19,128 nucleotides of DNA from an uncultured bacterium. Its GTDB lineage: Bacteria; GCA-001730085. The stretch covers positions 1 to 19,128 of the forward strand of contig CAZMGY010000038.1 of the NCBI GenBank assembly GCA_964565945.1, read 5' to 3'. Below, piece by piece: positions 16,520 to 19,128 of this stretch. The notes under the pieces were generated by a model. The model was not told the DNA's origin, searched no databases, and was given only the letters and a program-made list of their open reading frames with translations. Numbering within the stretch: the first letter of the stretch is position 1; every line of letters begins with the position of its first letter. A program made the position numbers and the translations under genes.

Positions 16520-16532
16520 TGTTATAATAAGC
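16520..16532 (+). promoter_or_regulatory. Candidate extended -10 promoter (TGTTATAAT) for the HicB-like ORF
   Basis: TGTTATAATAAGC on the plus strand. The hexamer ends 38 nt upstream of the ATG, with a strong AAGGAG (16556-16561) RBS in between. Confidence 0.4.
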
Positions 16533-16566
16533 TTCGCATGGTGCTACGAGGCGATAAGGAGATTTT

Positions 16567-16845
16567 ATGCAATTTTACAATAACAATCCTTGGTTATCTA
16601 AAAACTTTCAAGTATCCATCGTAGTTGAAGAGCATGGTTCCAACACCATCATTGCACGATGCCCCGAATTTGACTTGTCTATTCAGGATGTTTCTAAAGG
16701 CAAAGCAGTCAAACGTTTAGAAAGTCTTATCATTTATTGTTTGACAGTATCTGACGATTTTGGTATATCTAAAGGTCTCTTTCGCTCAATTGAGCAAGAT
16801 GGAATAGTGGACATTAAGCAATTTATTAGCACCACTGTTCATTAA
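16567..16845 (+). CDS. Small hypothetical protein, possibly HicB/UPF0150-fold
   Basis: 92 aa. FQVSIVVEEHGSNTIIARCPEFDLSIQDVSKGKAVKRLESLI fits the HicB N-domain pattern (beta strand, 'y.a..Pdl.g..t.G.t.eEA..n..e.i'). It has a strong RBS and a plausible promoter. No DNA-binding tail or hicA partner was recognised. Confidence 0.5.
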   Translation: MQFYNNNPWLSKNFQVSIVVEEHGSNTIIARCPEFDLSIQDVSKGKAVKRLESLIIYCLTVSDDFGISKGLFRSIEQDGIVDIKQFISTTVH

Positions 16846-16859
16846 CAATTTAGGTTTGC

Positions 16860-16934
16860 TCCTCGGTAGCTCAATGGTAGAGTAGGTGGCTGTTAACCAC
16901 TTGGTTATTGGTTCGAATCCAGTTCGGGGAGCCA
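16860..16934 (+). tRNA. tRNA-Asn (anticodon GTT)
   Basis: Hand-folded cloverleaf. The acceptor TCCTCGG pairs with TCGGGGA (two G-U pairs). D arm is GCTC/GAGT. The anticodon stem GGTGG/CCACT carries loop CTGTTAA. T arm is ATTGG-TTCGAAT-CCAGT. Discriminator is G, with encoded CCA. Confidence 0.93.
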
Positions 16935-16973
16935 ATCTTGACAATCAGCCGAACTAGAGGCTGAAACGGTTAA

Positions 16974-17008
16974 CGCCTCGCACATTTCTGCGGGGCGTTT
17001 GTCTTTTT
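16974..17008 (+). terminator. Rho-independent terminator downstream of tRNA-Asn
   Basis: An 8-bp stem (CGCCTCGC pairs with GCGGGGCG, one G-U) has an 8-nt loop. It is followed by TTTGTCTTTTT. Confidence 0.6.
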
Positions 17009-17009
17009 G

Positions 17010-17321
17010 GAGTTGTTCTTGAGTCACAACCTGCTCAAGCGGGTTGCTGATAAACATGTTTATCGCGATTTTATCTTCATAAATGATAATGTCTTTGATC
17101 AGGGCTTTAAACAGGCTCTTTTGGGCTTCAGCCGGGGCCTTGTCCAGATACTGCATGGCAAAGCGGATATTGTGGTGCAGAAACTCGCCGGAATGGGCGT
17201 TCATTTGGGCGATACGCTTTTGGGCTTGCAGTTATTTGCTCAGTTGGCTTTCAATGCGGGTAATCTCGGTCTCAAGGGCGGTCATTTTCTCTTTAAAGGT
17301 GGAGGGTATGACTTTAATATT
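17010..17321 (-). pseudogene. C-terminal remnant of a large serine recombinase-like protein
   Basis: My minus-strand translation is KVIPSTFKEKMTALETEITRIESQLSK*LQAQKRIAQMNAHSGEFLHHNIRFAMQYLDKAPAEAQKSLFKALIKDIIIYEDKIAINMFIS. This shows a coiled-coil plus the terminal 'LI..I.v.ed.i.I.f' pattern of large serine recombinases. There is an in-frame TAA at 17232-17234. No catalytic N-domain is present. GC is higher here (55 percent in the line I counted). Confidence 0.45.
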
Positions 17322-17468
17322 TCATTGGTTGAGGCGGTGGTATGAAAGAATTAAACAGCGATTTTGTGCAGGAGAAAAATAAACAGGTTCAGAAACCGTT
17401 TATTCGGCTCTTTACCTTGTTTGATTATGACGGGCAGGGTAATAATCTAAATTATGCCCACTATCCTG

Positions 17469-18854
17469 AGGGAGATATAACTGAATCTAGTGTTTAAGAG
17501 TTGAAAAATAGCGGCACATCTGGTTGATTTAAGTGCAAAAAAAAACAACCAAGGAGACGTGCCACCATGAATCAGAATAACGTTATTAACCTAGAAGATC
17601 AAGAAAAATTATCTGACCCACTAACAGAAATGTGAAAAAATGGTGCGAGAGATTTAATAGCAAATGCGGTTGAATTAGAACTCCAAGAACTTTTAAAAGA
17701 GCACCTAGAGCATCTAACACCCGATGGAAAGGCAGCATTAGTAAGAAATGGCTACTATCCTGAGCGAGAGTTACAAACAGGAATAGGCCCAGTCACAGTA
17801 AAAATTCCAAAAGTAAGATCAAAGTCTGGAGAAGCAATTAGCTTTAGATCTGCTCTTGTTCCTCCATATGTGAGAAAAACTAGGTCACTTGAAGCAGCAC
17901 TGCCATGGCTTTACTTGAAAGGAATTTCAACAGGAGAGATGGGTAATGCTCTTGAGGTTCTCGTTGGTAAAGATGCCAAGGGTCTCTCTGCCAATACTGT
18001 TGCTAGGCTTAAGAAATCTTGGTCTGCTGAATATGATCAGTGGAATAAACGCAGCCTTAGTGATGACAAGTGGGTTTATATTTGGGCAGATGGAGTTTAC
18101 AGTGGACTAAGAGGTGAAAAGGATAAGCTATTGTACACTCGTTATAATCGGTGTTAACGATCGAGGAGAGAAGCATTTTCTAGCAATTGAGGATGGAGTA
18201 AGAGAGTCAACCCAGAGTTGGAGAGAGGTTCTTTTAAAGCTAAAATCTCAAGGAATGAATACACCAAAACTTGCTATCGGAGATGGTGCGATGGGATTTT
18301 GGTCAGCAATGGATGAGGTTTATAGCGAAACTCAGCATCAGCGATGATGGATGCATAAGATGATGAATGTATTAAATCGACTTCCAAAGGCTTCACAGGA
18401 GAAGGTTAAAAGTAAATTACATGATATTTGGCAAGCTGAAAAAAAGGAAGACGCTGAAATTGCTTTTGATAATTTTGTCAGAAGTTATAAAGATAAATTC
18501 CCCAAAGTGTCTGAAAACTTAGAAAAGGATCGTACAGAATTACTGGCATTTTATGCTTTCCCAGCTCTTCAGTGGCAAAGCATAAGAACGAGCAATCCGA
18601 TATAGAGTCGAGCTTTGGAACGATCAGACACAGAACTAAAAGGGCTAAAGGATGCCTTTCAAGAGACGGCATGTTGAGTATGATTTTTAAGCTTGGACAA
18701 TGTGCAGAGAAAAAATGGAAACGCTTAAGAGGATTTAGTTCACTGGGAAAAGTTATAACTGGAGTAAAATTTAAAGATGGAATTGAGGTAATAAAGGATG
18801 ATCATATTGTCGCTTGATCAGCTGGCCAAACACCAGATTTGACAATATCTCTCC
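17469..18854 (+). mobile_element. IS256-family insertion sequence (about 1.39 kb), inactive
   Basis: Imperfect terminal inverted repeats. The left end is GAGATATAACTGAATCTAGTGTTT (from 17472). The reverse complement of the right end is GAGATATTGTCAAATCTGGTGTTT (ending 18851). They match at 17/24 by hand. The repeats enclose a Mutator/IS256-type transposase gene. No flanking target-site duplication was recognised. Confidence 0.8.
17567..18817 (+). pseudogene. IS256-family (Mutator-type) transposase with four inactivating lesions
   Basis: AAGGAG RBS, then ATG at 17567. Family motifs include WLYLKGISTGEM, VYIWADGVY, LVIIGVNDRGEKHFLAIEDGVRES..W, LAIGDGAMGFW, QR*WMHKMMNVLNRLPK and IRTSNPI/ESSFGTIRHRTK. 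Lesions are TGA at 17633-17635, a +1 frameshift near 18131, TGA at 18345-18347 (at the position where IS256-family transposases, from memory, have Cys) and a 2-nt insertion near 18600 that creates TAG at 18603-18605. Confidence 0.85.
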
Positions 18855-18855
18855 A

Positions 18856-19128
18856 TTCATTACGACGAAGTAAATCCAAACGAGGTGCGAAAGGCTCAAA
18901 AAGTAGTACCTACAGTACAATAAAACCAGAAGTCAATCAACGTATTTGCCATAGACCTAAAGAGATTGACAATAGAATGATTGCTGATCACTGGGAAGGT
19001 GATTTAATTGCAGGTTCTCAAAATAAGTCTTGCGTAGGCACCTTGGTTGAGAGAACAACTGGCTATTTAGTATTAAGCAAAATGAACAGTAAATCAGCGC
19101 TTGATGTGCGACAAGGATTTGAACAAAA
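18856..19128 (+). pseudogene. IS30-family transposase, 5'-truncated fragment running off the window
   Basis: My translation is HSLRRSKSKRGAKGSKSSTYSTIKPEVNQRICHRPKEIDNRMIADHWEGDLIAGSQNKSCVGTLVERTTGYLVLSKMNSKSALDVRQGFEQ. It matches the IS30 core (LRR...R...I..RP..i..R...GHWEGDLi.G......TLVER). It starts exactly at the right end of the IS256 element. Confidence 0.8.

Noticed and set aside
16905-17009. The 3' part of minus ORF 16905-17204, which reads through the tRNA-Asn gene and its terminator.
   Set aside because: This stretch is explained by the tRNA and a plus-strand terminator hairpin. Only the part above ~17010 looks like recombinase coding sequence.
17386-17407. GGTTCAGAAACCGTTTATTCGG as a degenerate repeat of the tRNA-Asn 3' end (a possible attR).
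   Set aside because: It needs gaps and reaches only ~60 percent identity over ~20 nt, which is indistinguishable from chance.
17342-17497. A 51-aa plus-strand ORF left of the IS256 element, considered as the missing upstream part of the IS30 transposase split by the IS256 insertion.
   Set aside because: There is only a faint resemblance (LFTLFDYDGQGNNL versus the IS30 IY..IY.d...GG.L region). No target-site duplication flanks the IS256 ends. The claim is not supportable without a search.
17633-18347. Two in-frame TGA codons in the IS256 transposase, considered as evidence of TGA recoding (code 4/25 or selenocysteine).
   Set aside because: TGA is a functional stop for argJ, exbD and the 5' methyltransferase. 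All long core genes are intact under the standard code. The same gene also has two frameshifts, so simple decay explains the TGAs.
1-19128. A scan for CRISPR arrays, rRNA, long tandem repeats, retron/DGR-like reverse transcriptases, and restriction or other defence genes.
   Set aside because: I saw no regularly spaced direct repeats, no RT or nuclease/ATPase defence motifs and no rRNA-like sequence on either strand.

Overview
This 19.1-kb window comes from a diderm (Gram-negative-type) bacterium that uses the standard genetic code; TGA is a genuine stop for argJ, exbD and the 5' methyltransferase. All calls rest on by-eye motif reading of the supplied ORFs and DNA, and no database search was run. 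Lines I counted suggest a core of about 43 percent GC, flanked by compositionally different, decayed DNA.

Core (2053-16934), mostly minus strand:
- A tight yajC-argC-argJ-argB-argD cluster.
- A heavily decayed plus-strand NAD(P)-binding SDR/DUF2867 pseudogene.
- exbB-exbD-tonB.
- A MATE exporter whose start overlaps the stop of cyclophilin ppiB.
- An 80-aa Cys/Lys-rich predicted lipoprotein with its own terminator.
- An ABC-F ATPase and a DUF481-like outer-membrane protein.
- On the plus strand, a small HicB-fold-like ORF and tRNA-Asn(GTT).

Left end (1-2050): a very AT-rich block with an intact methyltransferase, a truncated EamA fragment and a frameshifted, truncated TolC/CzcC-like gene, followed by an internally deleted IS3 remnant of ordinary composition.

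Right end (16935-19128): a serine-recombinase C-terminal remnant, an IS256-family element whose transposase carries four lesions, and a 5'-truncated IS30 transposase that runs off the window.

The two most interesting observations:
1. The TonB protein looks chimeric. It reads as an SxxxH anchor, a linker, a degenerate TonB_C domain, an ExbD-tail-like segment and a second TonB_C domain. The ExbD-like segment shares a collinear 55-nt stretch with the neighbouring exbD.
2. The mature part of the tiny Cys/Lys-rich lipoprotein contains no acidic residue.

I saw no CRISPR array, no rRNA and no recognisable defence system.
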